Notes under the pieces: generated by a model
Databases searched by the model: none
What the model was told of the DNA's origin: nothing
Seen by the model: the letters and a program-made list of their open reading frames with translations, nothing else
Origin: Lingula anatina
Lineage: Eukaryota > Animalia > Brachiopoda
Reading direction: 5' to 3'
Length of the DNA stretch: 64,000 bases
Assembly: GCA_051362555.1 (NCBI GenBank)
Contig: CM120642.1
Coordinates: forward strand, 18,662,001 to 18,726,000
Shown here: positions 51,581-63,609 of the stretch, one piece after another
Numbering within the stretch: position 1 is the stretch's first letter
How the letters are laid out: each line of letters opens with the position of its first letter
Translations under genes and position numbers: made by a program

Positions 51581-51745
51581 CTGTTGTTACGAACGGATCC
51601 TAACTCCGCAAGGCACAAATGAATACATTCTAAATGAGACTGCTGTTGCCGCTTGCAGAAGAATGACCTTTACCTTGATGCCGGTTACCGCAGACAATAT
51701 CACTTAGCTTTCTGATTTGTCTGCATGAATCATGACAAGCCACAT
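51581..51745 (-). other. SGCZ: Probable non-coding first exon of the sarcoglycan gene
   Basis: Donor CAG|GTAACG at 51581/51580; CpG-containing; next to the TUSC3 promoter; the first coding exon has an acceptor at 34912 that needs an upstream exon; 5' boundary approximate. Confidence 0.55.
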
Positions 51746-51982
51746 GGCGTTCCTATATCGATCTATATTTCGATTCTCTTGAAAATCAAATGTTTTTGGA
51801 GAAATAAAATAGATATGGTACTTTAATTTTTGATCACTTATTGACAAAGTTATATCAATCTACATTTATACGCACCATAATATCAAATATGAGCTATTTG
51901 AGTTTGCTAGTCATCATGAATTTTACAGAAACGAACCAATGAGAAATCGACAGCAAGTCGGCTTCAGGCCTGCACGGGAAAG
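51745..51982. promoter_or_regulatory. Probable bidirectional promoter between sarcoglycan and TUSC3
   Basis: CCAAT 51936-51940, TATCGAT 51756-51762 and CATGGCG ~51743 lie between the divergent first exons. Confidence 0.5.
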
Positions 51983-52057
51983 ATGAGGGCACTACTGTTT
52001 GTGTGCATTTTCCTAATTTTTGAGCAATATGCAGAATGTGCAGCTAAGAAGAAGGAG
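51983..52057 (+). CDS. TUSC3: TUSC3 exon 1 (signal peptide)
   Basis: [25 protein letters not shown] then gtaagc. Confidence 0.9.
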
Positions 52058-55000
52058 GTAAGCAACCACATCAGTAAGGGAAATATTTGAGGTGTTCATT
52101 TTACCCTGTTTCCATGCAGGACCAGCAGGTAGTGACACTTTCACAGTGCATTCCCTGCGCTTGACACTACCACGGACAAAGTGACAGTATCAATGTCGAT
52201 GCTTGCAGGTGCAAGCTACCTGCTTCATTTTATAATTAATTGTAATAAAAGGGAAAATATGTCAGGCTTTATGCCTAACTTTGTTTCCCTTTAACCAGGG
52301 TATACGATCACTAGGAAATCAGTGTAGTGTCTTAGTCCCCTGTAAAGCTGTGTCCCTGATTTTTATTTTAATTTTTTTTAAATATCCACTTTAATCTCTG
52401 AACTTCTCTTTCTTTTTCTTTGAAGCAAGTCATTGCAGAGAAGTTAGAAAAGTTGACTGAGTGGAGTAACAGAAGACCCATTGTGCGCCTCAACGGGGAT
52501 AAATTTCGCCAGTATGTGAAGTCTGTCCCCAAAAATTACTCTGTGATTCTCATGTTGACTGCATTAAGGCCAGAGAGACAGTGCATGGTCTGCAAGTAAG
52601 TAAATGAAGTTGGCTTGAAGATTGTTTGACCTTCAAGATAAATAAAACCATTCCTTATGTGTAAAAATTCAAAGATTCTTTTAAGACTTACTATGTGGAG
52701 GCACTGTATCAACAGTAATAATTTGTTAATTTGATAGTATATGTGCATTCATATCTTGGAAATGATGTTGTTAAGTTGACAAAGAGAAATCACTATCCAC
52801 ATCCTTCATATGTAGTCTTAGTTTTATCTTAACTGTCTTTCTTTTTCATGATGCACCAGAAATGTGTAGTCCATTGTTGTGTTTCGTTAGGAATTCTATG
52901 CCAACATGTTTCTACAAATGCAGCCCAACACGCTTTATTTTCAGACAATCCAATAAAGAGTTCAGAGTCTTCCAAAGTACTTCATGATGTATCAGATGCA
53001 CTTGAAACAGTTCTATCTTTGTTGTTATTCTGTTAAACACAAGCACAATCCAATGCTTGTGTTCTCTTGTCTCATTAAACACAATCATACAGTATTGTGC
53101 TGCTCCATCTCAACTAACACAATCCCTTCATTTCCAGACAAGCCAATGAGGAGTTCAACATTGTAGCTGCCTCCTGGAGGTATTCCCAACAGTTCTCTAA
53201 CAACTTGTTCTTTGCTATGGTGGACTTTGATGAAGGCTCAGATGTGTTTACTTCTGTAAGTTTACAGTAAATTATGAAAATAATTCTTTTCTTTTGATCA
53301 TAATACTAATAGATTGCTATTTTAAGTGGAAAGTTGTTTAAGATCTAAAAGTGGTGTAAAAGGTATTAGAAAATAAATTATTTATTATATCTTAATTATA
53401 CTCAGTAGTAGTTGATTTTGCATTTTCAGGGTGACACAAAGGCATAGCATATTCAAGCAACACAAGCACTATGAGATTAATAGATCATATAAACTTTTTC
53501 ACAAAATATAAATGTGATTAAAACTGCCCCTGCAACTGTGGTGTGGATTCACAACTTACCATTTTTTTATTTAATATTTTTTTCAGCTGAAATTGAACTC
53601 TGCCCCTGTCTTCATGCACTTTCCACCGTCTGGGAAACCAAAGAAGGGAGATACAATGGACATTCACAGGTGTGTGTGTGCATGTGTGTGCATACGTGCA
53701 TGCGGGGGGGGGGGGGGTCGGGTCGGGATCAAAAGGGGAGTTCACTCACTGTGGCAGATTTGTTTGTTTTAAAGTATGTGTATTTACATATGTGAGGATG
53801 GTAAAGGAGTGTGAGACATAACTGGAGGGGGAGGGGGGATGTGATCAGTGTGCTTGATGATAACAGTTGTATTATACTTGTATTTTTAGGATTGGTTTCT
53901 CTGCTGAACAGATTGCCAAGTTTGTGAGTGAGAGGACAGACATACATGTAAGTCAGATTTGAGAAATCATTGTGTTGTAGAAATAAACATACAGAAGGTA
54001 TCAATTGCTAATTGCTAAATGAAAATGTGTAATTCTTTCCAAGTATAAGAAATGCAAAGCTTACCGAAGAAGTCAGGTGTTAAATATCTGATTAATTGAT
54101 TATTTAATTTTACAATGAAAATACTTAGAAATTTGAGAAAAGGAAAATAAAACAGCAGTACGAAGTATGAGACTAGTGCTTATATCAAAAGTAATTTTTA
54201 GCTACTGTTCTACTGTGGTTATAATTTATGAATTTCTCTTTCAGATTCGAGTATTCCGGCCTCCTAATTATGTTGGCACAATGGGTGTCCTGCTGTTGTT
54301 CATAGTGATAGGCGGTCTTCTCTACCTTAAGAGAAACAACTTGGAGTTCTTGTACAATAAAACTCCTTGGGGAGTGGCATCCCTGGTTAGTAATAGAAGG
54401 CATGCTAGTAGCGTTGGTCCTGTTGGTCTTGATCAATATAATTTTCAAGGAATGGTGGAAATTTGTGTTCAGTCAGTCTAAGGAACTGACAACAATTTTA
54501 ATTAAAATTCATTTTAATTTACAGTCAGTCCAGCAAAGTTTACTTGTTTCTGACAAACATTTCATAACTGCCGTTTCGTATGACTGACTGTTTAAAACAT
54601 TTTTCAACATGTCTAGGAATTGGATATTTCCAAAGTTTTTATGTGACACAGTGAAAAGCAGGGTAAGTTGGGGGTGAGTTACGTGAAGTAGGTTGTATCT
54701 GGTTTTCAATTTATATCTTTTCAATTTCAGTCCATCATATTTGCCATGACCTCTGGCCAGATGTGGAACCACATACGAGGACCTCCATTTATGCACAAGA
54801 ACCCACAGACTGGACAGATAGTGAGTTGAGATATTTAGGGTGTCACACACCTGTTGTTCACAGCTTGGAAATGGGTTTTTCTTCTGTTTGGTTTATATGA
54901 CATGTAGCGTTTTAAGCAGTTGAAACCCAGGGTTCAACTAGAATGGAATTTTTTTGTTTTTTTTTTTTGGCAGTCTCTTAGTATTTGATAAACTTTGATT

Positions 55001-57354
55001 TAAACTTATAATATCAATAGAATTATGTGCATTGGTGCACTTATGATTTTGATGAAATATAAATAATCATATTTGATATTATAGGGGTACATAGTAACCA
55101 GAAGTGATGGCCAGTTCATTGCAGAGACTTACATAGTTCTGTGTTTAAGTATCCTAAACTTAAGACACAGTTTTTAATTAAAAATATATAGCTATTAGAG
55201 TGGGGTGTAGCCTTTTGCCATAACATTGTGAAAAATGTTGTGTCTTCTTTGCTTCTATAAACAGAATGAGCGTTCATGATGGCATATTTTTTACAAAATA
55301 TTTTAACCAAATACTAAATGTAACTTATTTTTGCAAAAAAGAATATGAAAGTAAGATTATTTTTAGTATGCCAGTTTTAATGATTTTGACACAACATTTG
55401 ACTTTAAATTTGGTAAAATTTTCTGCTGATTGGCTTAAACAAATTTTAATTAGAAACCGCACAGGTACTGTAGCCTTGTTTCTTTCATATTGCCACCTGT
55501 ACTCAGTAGTGATGAAATCTTGTTTCTGTTTCATCCAACTGCCTGTTTTTTTTTCATTTCACAATATCATATTTCTGTATTTTTCACTGATTTTCATCTG
55601 CAAAGAAGGCAAAAATACATCATAGGTTGCGTGCTTAATGATTTTAACTGTAGAAAAATACTGGGGTCAGGGGCCTGTTTTACAAAAGAATTTTAGTCCA
55701 AAATTTCTGGATTTTTTTCTTCTTTGAAAACATTCACCCAGAAAGAGTTTGGGATGAGCAAAGTGACAGAAATCCATCAAAGGGTGCAATGCTTTTTTTT
55801 TCCAAGTGACATTCAAATGCTTTAGGGCTGGGTTAATTGTAGATAGTGGTAGAAAGCAGGCATTGCTCTCTTTCAGAATTGTATTCAAGGTAGGTACACG
55901 TAGACACCTAACTGTGAACTGTGGGTAAATTACTATTGCTGTCACAACATTTATATCGCAGCTGACATCAAAAAGTGTAGGACAGGAAAATGAAAGTAAA
56001 GCTAAAGAAAGGGGGGGGGAGAAAGTAAATTAGTGACAAACTTTTGCAGTGGTTATGCCTGTCCTCGCTTTTGATCGCCTCTGTGTTCGAGTTTTTGATC
56101 GCCTCTGTGTTCCAGTTATTAGTAAGGTACACCCAGTTCACTGTGTAAAGTGTCCGTGTTTCCTTACCACAAACACCTCCAATTATCATGTAAGTAGCTT
56201 TTGCCACCTTAAAGCCTTTAAATAGTGTGCTTTCATTTTGTTTTTTTTTTTAACTCAAATTTCAGATGTATGTCCATAACAGCAGTCAAGGACAGTTTGT
56301 TGTGGAAACTTATATTGTCATATTTTTAAGTATCCTTATTATTGGTTTACTCTGAATGCATTATTTGCAGTGGTGTGTCTGAATTAGTACTGTAATATTT
56401 TAATGCTTTTTGACTAAAGCTTTCTTGCCTTGCTTCAGACTTATTTTACATGTAATTCTTAACTGAAACAATATTACAATTCAAAGCTGAGGATGGAAAT
56501 AATGTGTTACTCATAAGTACGATTATAACTATTCCAAATATCTGAGGAATTGCTTTCAAATCAGTGGCTGCAGCATATTATGTGATGGATACACGAATTC
56601 CTTAACCTACTGTTCAGATGCTGCTGTAGTCATAGGAGTTATCCTGATGAATGAAGTGCAACATATGAAAGCAGATGCTGGAAAGAAACGAAGTAAGTAC
56701 CAGTCCTGTGAAAATGTGAAATTGGTCAAAATCAAACTTATATGATTTTTTCCATTATCCTTCAGAATTTATATTCTTTTTTATTTTTTTTTCATTCTAA
56801 AACAAATTCAAATCTAATTTGTAATGACATTCCAGCTTGTTAGTCATTATAAACCGAAATATCCTAATTGAATCCACTTTAAATCACAGTACTAAAAATC
56901 ACAGTCGTCACCAGAAAAATAGCAACTTTTTATATTCTGGTCTTATAAGAAATATTTAAGACATTGACAAAAGGTATAAAGATAAGGTTTAAGTCTTATA
57001 CTAGTATGTAAATTTTTTCCAGTTCTAGCTCTGGTTGGTCTAGGAGTGGTAGTGCTGTTCTTCAGTTTGTTGTTGTCAGTATTTAGACAAAAATATCAAG
57101 GTTATCCATACAGGTGAGGAGATTTCATCTTTGATTTTTTCACAAACAAACGCACACAAAAACTGTCATGTTTTTACTCGACATCAGTTCTACATTTGAA
57201 AAAAAATAGAGGACACATGTAAACAGGTTGTGATATACATAGATGAAATAATTTGAAAACTTAACACGTTCATTATCTTGGTGCTCTTTTCTTTCATAAA
57301 TCAAATTTTTAAAATTAACAATCATTTTTTTCTTTCAGTTTCCTGATCAAGTAA
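51983..57354 (+). CDS. TUSC3: TUSC3/MAGT1 (OST3/OST6) oligosaccharyltransferase oxidoreductase subunit, 326 aa; join(51983..52057,52426..52595,53138..53255,53587..53669,53890..53947,54245..54385,54731..54820,56266..56329,56618..56692,57023..57113,57339..57354)
   Basis: Signal peptide, thioredoxin-like CMVC (CxxC), [21 protein letters not shown], 4 TM segments, C-terminal GYPYSFLIK*; all phases consistent. Confidence 0.96.
52426..52595 (+). CDS. TUSC3: TUSC3 exon 2 (CxxC)
   Basis: [13 protein letters not shown]...RQCMVCK. Confidence 0.95.
53138..53255 (+). CDS. TUSC3: TUSC3 exon 3
   Basis: QANEEF...[16 protein letters not shown]. Confidence 0.95.
53587..53669 (+). CDS. TUSC3: TUSC3 exon 4
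   Basis: [27 protein letters not shown]. Confidence 0.95.
53890..53947 (+). CDS. TUSC3: TUSC3 exon 5
   Basis: [19 protein letters not shown]. Confidence 0.95.
54245..54385 (+). CDS. TUSC3: TUSC3 exon 6
   Basis: IRVFRPPNY...[14 protein letters not shown]. Confidence 0.96.
54731..54820 (+). CDS. TUSC3: TUSC3 exon 7
   Basis: [30 protein letters not shown]. Confidence 0.96.
56266..56329 (+). CDS. TUSC3: TUSC3 exon 8
   Basis: [21 protein letters not shown]. Confidence 0.93.
56330..56617 (+). other. U12-type (minor spliceosome) GT-AG intron
   Basis: 5' splice site GTATCCTT; branch point TTCCTTAAC 56598-56606, 11 nt before the 3' end; no polypyrimidine tract. Confidence 0.92.
56618..56692 (+). 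CDS. TUSC3: TUSC3 exon 9
   Basis: [24 protein letters not shown]. Confidence 0.93.
57023..57113 (+). CDS. TUSC3: TUSC3 exon 10
   Basis: [29 protein letters not shown]. Confidence 0.95.
57339..57354 (+). CDS. TUSC3: TUSC3 exon 11 (stop)
   Basis: tctttcag|T TTC CTG ATC AAG TAA; AATAAA downstream at 57562. Confidence 0.9.
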
Positions 57355-57764
57355 TGGCATTCACAGAAACATCTATTTAAAGTCCAAGCGAGAAAAGATG
57401 ACTGTTGAAATTACAAAAGTGATGAAATTTTGAATGCACATCTCACAGTTGAACAATGGCTTTCCCATATTTAATAATATTTGTACGGGTGAGATTCCTA
57501 GAAATTTGAGTGAAGATTTGTTACAGTTAGTGCAGTCAGCTAAAAACTGATTTCTGTAACTAATAAAATACTTTTTAACAACTTTTCTGATATTTTTATT
57601 TTTAAATAAACGTGTATTTTTATGTGATTTTTACTCACATAGCCTCAGTACAACACAAGAAATATTCTTATGATCTTTTACAAGACCTGTGCATATTTCA
57701 CACGAAAACTCGAACCCCAAATCAGTCAACTTAAACTGAAATCCCTCTTTGGTATCTACCGTAA

Positions 57765-57974
57765 ACCCCCTTTACACTGGAAGGCGTCCTTTCTGCATCT
57801 TTTGTGCGACCTTGAAAATGGCATCGCTGTGGTCGTAAAAAGGAGGCACAGGCACTGCTTTGGTTGCATAATGAATGCTCAGTGATCACCCAGTTATCGA
57901 CACGTAAAGTATTTTTTTCCTCTGGCACCATATTATGAGACGTAGAAATGACGCCGTCCAGTGTAAAGGAGGCT
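57765..57974. mobile_element. Harbinger-like MITE
   Basis: TIR cctttacactggaaggcgtc / gacgccgtccagtgtaaagg; TAA/TTA flanks. Confidence 0.7.
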
Positions 57975-60464
57975 TTACTGCTTATTATTTTACAGTTAAA
58001 AAACTTAACCCAAAACAAATAATTATGGTCTTGACAGTGATTTTTACTCACAGTTGAGGATAGTAATTGTCTTGACAGTGATTTTTACTCACAGTGGAGG
58101 TAGTTCAACTAGATGTTTTTTGTGGGCCAGTACTTAATCTTACTTGCAAAGTTGACAAGACATATAGTTGGTTAAAAAAAAAGTGTAGCAGACTTGGCTG
58201 AGACAAAATTTTTGATTCAAATTATGAAATGGGACCTATGCTTATGATGAACTGTCTATCAAGCTCACTTAATCAACATATAAAGAGTAAAAAGAAACTA
58301 ACAGCTTCTATGTTTGACAATTAATGGATTTCTGCAGTATCTGTACGTCTTGTCGGTCAAACTCGGAAATGCCAGTTGATCTAGTGATATTTAGTTGACT
58401 ATACCAGCTGTGCTATATTTACCATGAATAATTGATTTTTTTTTCTTAAGGAATTAAAACCCCACAACTGAAGAAAAAACTTCTTGGTGTTTCACTTCAA
58501 AATTTCTAAAAAACCCACAACTTTTTAATGATCATTTCATAGTGACAGACTTGAGAGAAGTTTTGGGTAAAGGGGTTCAAATGTTTGTGTCCCTTTAAAG
58601 AGTCCATTAGCTCCAGCAGCTAATTATGCATTGCCTCATTAAGGAGTAAAAGAAACATATCAATGAAACATTGCATTGTAGTTCAGTAGGGGGATTCTAA
58701 AAAGAGGCCATTAAAATTTTTGAAAATTGAAAGGGTCATATATCCTTACAGTTCCAGATAAGCCAGGATTTAGATAATCCCATTCTGAAAAACCATGGAT
58801 CTAAAAACCATTATTATTTAACCTTGTAAGATTATCCATGTTATACGCTGTCTTTCCAGTTGAATAATATATAGATTTGAGCAGGTCTCTATTATGTCCA
58901 GTGTCAGAATGGAGAGTACCTGTAGCTACCTCAGGGCAGTGATAAGCTGATAATTGACTGTCAGCGAAGGACCCATATGTTCAATTACTGGGTAGATTGA
59001 GTCCTTTATATATTTAATCTGTAATACAGAGACCAATTATTGTTTGGGCTCACTGTTACGTGTTACTGGTAGGGGAGGTGCATACCGTGAATTTCAGTTG
59101 TATTTGAAGGTATTTTGGTTCGAATTTTGGGGTCTATAAGGGTTAAGAGGCTTTACTGGAGAGTATTAGTTTATATGGGACTGCCTGGCAGGTCAAAGAA
59201 CAAGGAATAGGAGTAAAATCTTTTTTTTTTTATTTTACATGTCCTTATCAAAAGTTTGTCTCTGATTTGCAATAGAATTTCCTTAATTAAATACATTCAG
59301 ATTTGAAAAACTTTTCAAAACGAAATCAACAACAAAAATATTAATCCAATACAAATAAGTGACAAGAAAGGAGTAGCCTGTACCAGGGTCACAGATTGAT
59401 TTTTCACAATATCTTCACAGATATGTCTCTGGCATATTTATGACATTAATGACTGCTGTATAAAAGTGCACATAATTATATGTGGCTCTGGTAGAAGGTA
59501 AGAAAGGGGAGATCAAAATTTTTTTTTTTCATTGAGTAGTGGAAATATTGAATAACTTAAAATATTTATATAGGAAGTCTTTTTATACAATAAAAATGGG
59601 AAAAGGTGTGCCAGGGATTCCAAAAGTTCTGCGTGACCACCAATGAAGTCGGTTCTGCATTTTAACCTTAGATTTTAAATTTTGTGTTACTTTTGCAAAT
59701 AATTTAATCAGATAAAAGGGTGACACTTCCTCATTAGGTCATGCTGAAGGAGGAAAGATCATAATTAAACATCAATGGTGTGAGAATAAAAGATATACAG
59801 GTGTAAATGTACACAATTCAATTGGCATAATCTGAAATTGGAGATAAAAAGTGTGAAGAGATTTGTGTCATTGTTGAAAATTTTGACAGCACAAACCAAA
59901 CATTAAGATATTTCAAACATTACTTTGGCTATGCCAAAAATTCTGCAAAAGGCAGGTGGCACAAGAAAAAAAACGAAAAAATTCCACTTTGTGTGGCAAA
60001 TATAAAGAAGACTTGGGAAATTTTACTCTAAAAAGTTGTTGGACAAAAACTGTTTTAAAAAGTTGCTTGTTTTTCTCTTCAGTATACTGTTTTCTTTGAG
60101 AAGGTGAAGGGGTTATGTTCAGAGTTAAGGGGCGAGTGGGGCATAGTTGGCCATTGAAAGGTTAAATTTCAAAGTTTTTTTTTTACTGTAGTAAATCAGT
60201 TTTTTTTTTTGGTGATTCAAAATATATTACCATGGTATAAGCAATACAAACAACCAACTTTCTCAGGTTGGTTAACCACATGCTGTGGACTCAGTTTAAT
60301 AAAAAGCATTCAGTGTCCATTATGCCATTCAAATACGAACATCCAAGGTTGAAGCACCATACTTTTCACCTCTGTTCATGTTGCCTTTTGGACAAAAGGC
60401 TACCTTTTAACCTGGTGAAAAAGTAAAAATGATACCTTTTAAACTGGTGAAAAAGTAAAAATTA

Positions 60465-60499
<35 letters not shown>

Positions 60500-61318
60500 C
60501 TGGTTGACCAAACAGCTAAATCTCATTCCTTATATTTAAACCAGTGACCCATGTCCATGTCTAAAGAGTTAATGGGTAAAACAGACTAAATCACACTCAA
60601 TATTTCCTTTGTAATTACTAATTTAAAAAAAAGCATGATCAATAGATCTCAAATACTGTAACTTAGATTTTTTCTTTGATAATGGAAATAATATTTATTG
60701 CTAATACAAGAAGAACAATTTTTGCATTGACAAAACAAGAATCTTCAGCTATGTGATTTAATTAATAAGGTACACTACAAGCATAGTTATGTAATTAATA
60801 GATACACTATTAAATAAGTTTACAGTTCATTCTTAAAAGAGAACAAAATGAGTTGAATAAACTGTTAAATCAGAATTTCTATAATTTTCATTTTACGCAG
60901 TTCAAAACTTGATTTTCCATGCAATAACTTTATTTCCTCTACTCGCATTAATCAAGTCCTGCAAAACTATAGAATATTTACACAGAGTATTAATTAGGTA
61001 ACTTAAAGGTAGTGATTACAGACACAGTGGCTAGCCCCCATCCTACTGAGCCCCCATTGTTCAGCGGCTGGGCAGCTGTCAGGCCATTCAGCCTTCTATT
61101 TACTCAACTTGTACCCTCAACCACAGAGCTCTGGGATGCTAAAAACACCTGTCACAAATATTTCAAAGGGGCTGTTTTATGTCACCTTTTTCCTCTTGAG
61201 TCCAAAAACATTGAATTCATTTGACAGTATAAAGCAGGAAAATTAGAAGAGTTAAATGGTGTCTTTTATGCTTGAGACTTAATGGTGAAAGATATGAGGG
61301 ACATCTGTAGTAGGGGGC

Positions 61319-61486
61319 TCAGTTAGATTGGTCACAGCTGCAGCGGCAGATTTGAATCTGGAGGTTCATTGTCACATCAACAAGAGAGGAAGACAGGTAC
61401 TGGTAGTGCAGGAAGCTGGTATCACCAGAATTACAGACATTTTGGACCTCTTTGACTTCCACCATTCTTCTAGCCACAGTGTTAAA
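61319..61486 (-). CDS. Probable terminal coding exon of an unidentified gene (upstream exons not found)
   Basis: Acceptor tatcttttccag|, 55 codons with C/G-rich third positions, FNTVARRM...MNLQIQICRCSCDQSN*; minus-strand AATAAA at 60694-60699. Confidence 0.5.
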   Translation of the reverse strand, partial: FNTVARRMVEVKEVQNVCNSGDTSFLHYQYLSSSLVDVTMNLQIQICRCSCDQSN

Positions 61487-62533
61487 CTGGAAAAGATACC
61501 CTTGAAAGGTTTGTACCACATGAACTTTCATGTTTGCACAGTTTATTTAATAATGGAAATATATCATAGATATGATAAACTATATTTCCATGATGTGATG
61601 TAGTATTATTTCTTTTTTGCAGGGTAAGAAACTTCACTGTTAAATGATTTTTTCTGCCTAGTTAATTAGTGACAAGAAATTTTAAAAGACAAGTAATACA
61701 ATTATTATTTAAGATGTTCTGAATAAAAAATTAACCCTTTTGATAACAAGAAAGAGGAATAAGTTAAACCTAAAAACATCTTGGATGATTTTATGTCAAA
61801 CTTAACATGACCAATTCAGTGCATTCTTTTATCAGATAATAAACCATATATATTTAGTCATCAATATTATTTTTACATTCCGATATTTTGGAGTTAAAAT
61901 TCATAAGAGTTCACTGAATATCTACTGTCATGATGTTCTTAAAGTTTCATTTTTTACTATATATTAGCGCATTGATGATGGAAAAAAATGACTGGTGTGC
62001 ATTGTAGTCTAGTAAATCTTAAAGCCCTCTCATAAGCATTGTAGTTTAAATACATAAAAAGAAATCTTTCAAGCAAAAAAGACAGTACCAGACTTTGACA
62101 CATGATAGAAATTGTTTTATGATACAGCATAGATATTATGTACAGCGTACATTTGAATCTTTTGCAAACTCTGAAATGCACCAGACAACAAGTTATGTTC
62201 CTCCCTTGCTGAAATAGGGAAATTTTTCACAGGATTACCCAGTTCAAATGTAACCATATTGCAGTAATACCAGCTCAAAGGGAATGTCTAATAGAGGGAT
62301 AAGTCTCACTGAATGATGTTTTGATAGAAAGATATCTTGATAGTATACCATGTTTGCACTGTGTAAAGAAATATGTCCTGGCCACTCTCTTGCTGTTTAG
62401 GCTTGTTAATTAAGCTGTTTCACAAACTGCATCACTGCAGGAATGGTTAAAGCTCCCGGGGGTTGATGAGTTTTAGCCCAATAATGATACTGGGAGATTG
62501 ATAGCTGGGAATGTTCAAGCAAATCAGGGAACC

Positions 62534-62569
<36 letters not shown>

Positions 62570-63497
62570 GCTGATCCAATTTTGTCACATTCTTTTTTGT
62601 ATGAAACTTGTTCACGTTGATGGAATTTCAAGTTGCCCTCTCTACATACAGGTAAATGGTTGCTACTGCTATTGTACTTGAGATATCCTTAAAATTAAAT
62701 ACATACAACATTTAAGGGTTAAAAACCCTTTGAAAATACACCGTGAGTGTAGATTTAATTTTTATCTTGAAGTTTGGACATATGGACCACAAGAATAGGG
62801 TAGTATTTGATCACTGTAATTGTTTGGCATTGGGTGTTCACAATGTAAAAGAGCTCATTACTTTCCTCCTGCCAATTAACAGTAGGGTTGATCACAGGTG
62901 ATTACAGGTGATTAGACAGAACATTGAAATCAGTTAATACTGGCCAAACAGGATATATATGTGTGTGTGTGTATATATATATTTTTTTGTAAATTAAGTA
63001 TTCTTTTCTTTTTGTATCAGAGACATTATGTGTATTAATTGTCAAGTATATAAATTTTTATTCCTTGTAAAAATTATGTTTCTTTAGATTTTTCTTCATT
63101 ACTTTTAAGCAGTCACATTTTCATTCACAGTATATTATATATTCCCTGCAGTGTGCTAAATATAAAGTTGTACAGTGAAGATCATTGACACCTGCAGATT
63201 CATGACCGGGTGCTTAGAACAATATAGAGGTAGCATCATCATTTATCAACAACCTGTTTAGTTGAGGGTAAAATTGGTGTTAGTTCTGACTGATATCATT
63301 TAATATAACCATATTTTGATCACATGTGCAATGCTCAGCATCAAAGATTGTGTGCATGTACACTGAAATGATGAAATATCCAATCTGTCAAGAAAGGTTA
63401 ACGTACCAGTAAGTTTATTTTCTTGTCTCTCTGCCTAAAAGCCTTGGGTCATCTCTTACTTCTGTGGTCAATTTGCATAGAAGTTTTGTTTTTTGAA

Positions 63498-63501
<4 letters not shown>

Positions 63502-63576
<75 letters not shown>

Positions 63577-63609
63577 CCCTGTTGAAAGAGAGAGAGAGAG
63601 AGAGAGAGA
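63502..63609. repeat. (TA)n and (GA)n microsatellites
   Basis: Direct reading. Confidence 0.95.

Noticed and set aside
61328-61603. Plus-strand 91-aa ORF with VLVVQE resembling a LINE endonuclease motif
   Set aside because: No other APE motifs; better explained as the antisense shadow of the minus-strand exon
61997-62008. 12-nt match to the miR-33 5' end (GTGCATTGTAGT)
   Set aside because: The match stops after 12 nt and no complementary arm is visible
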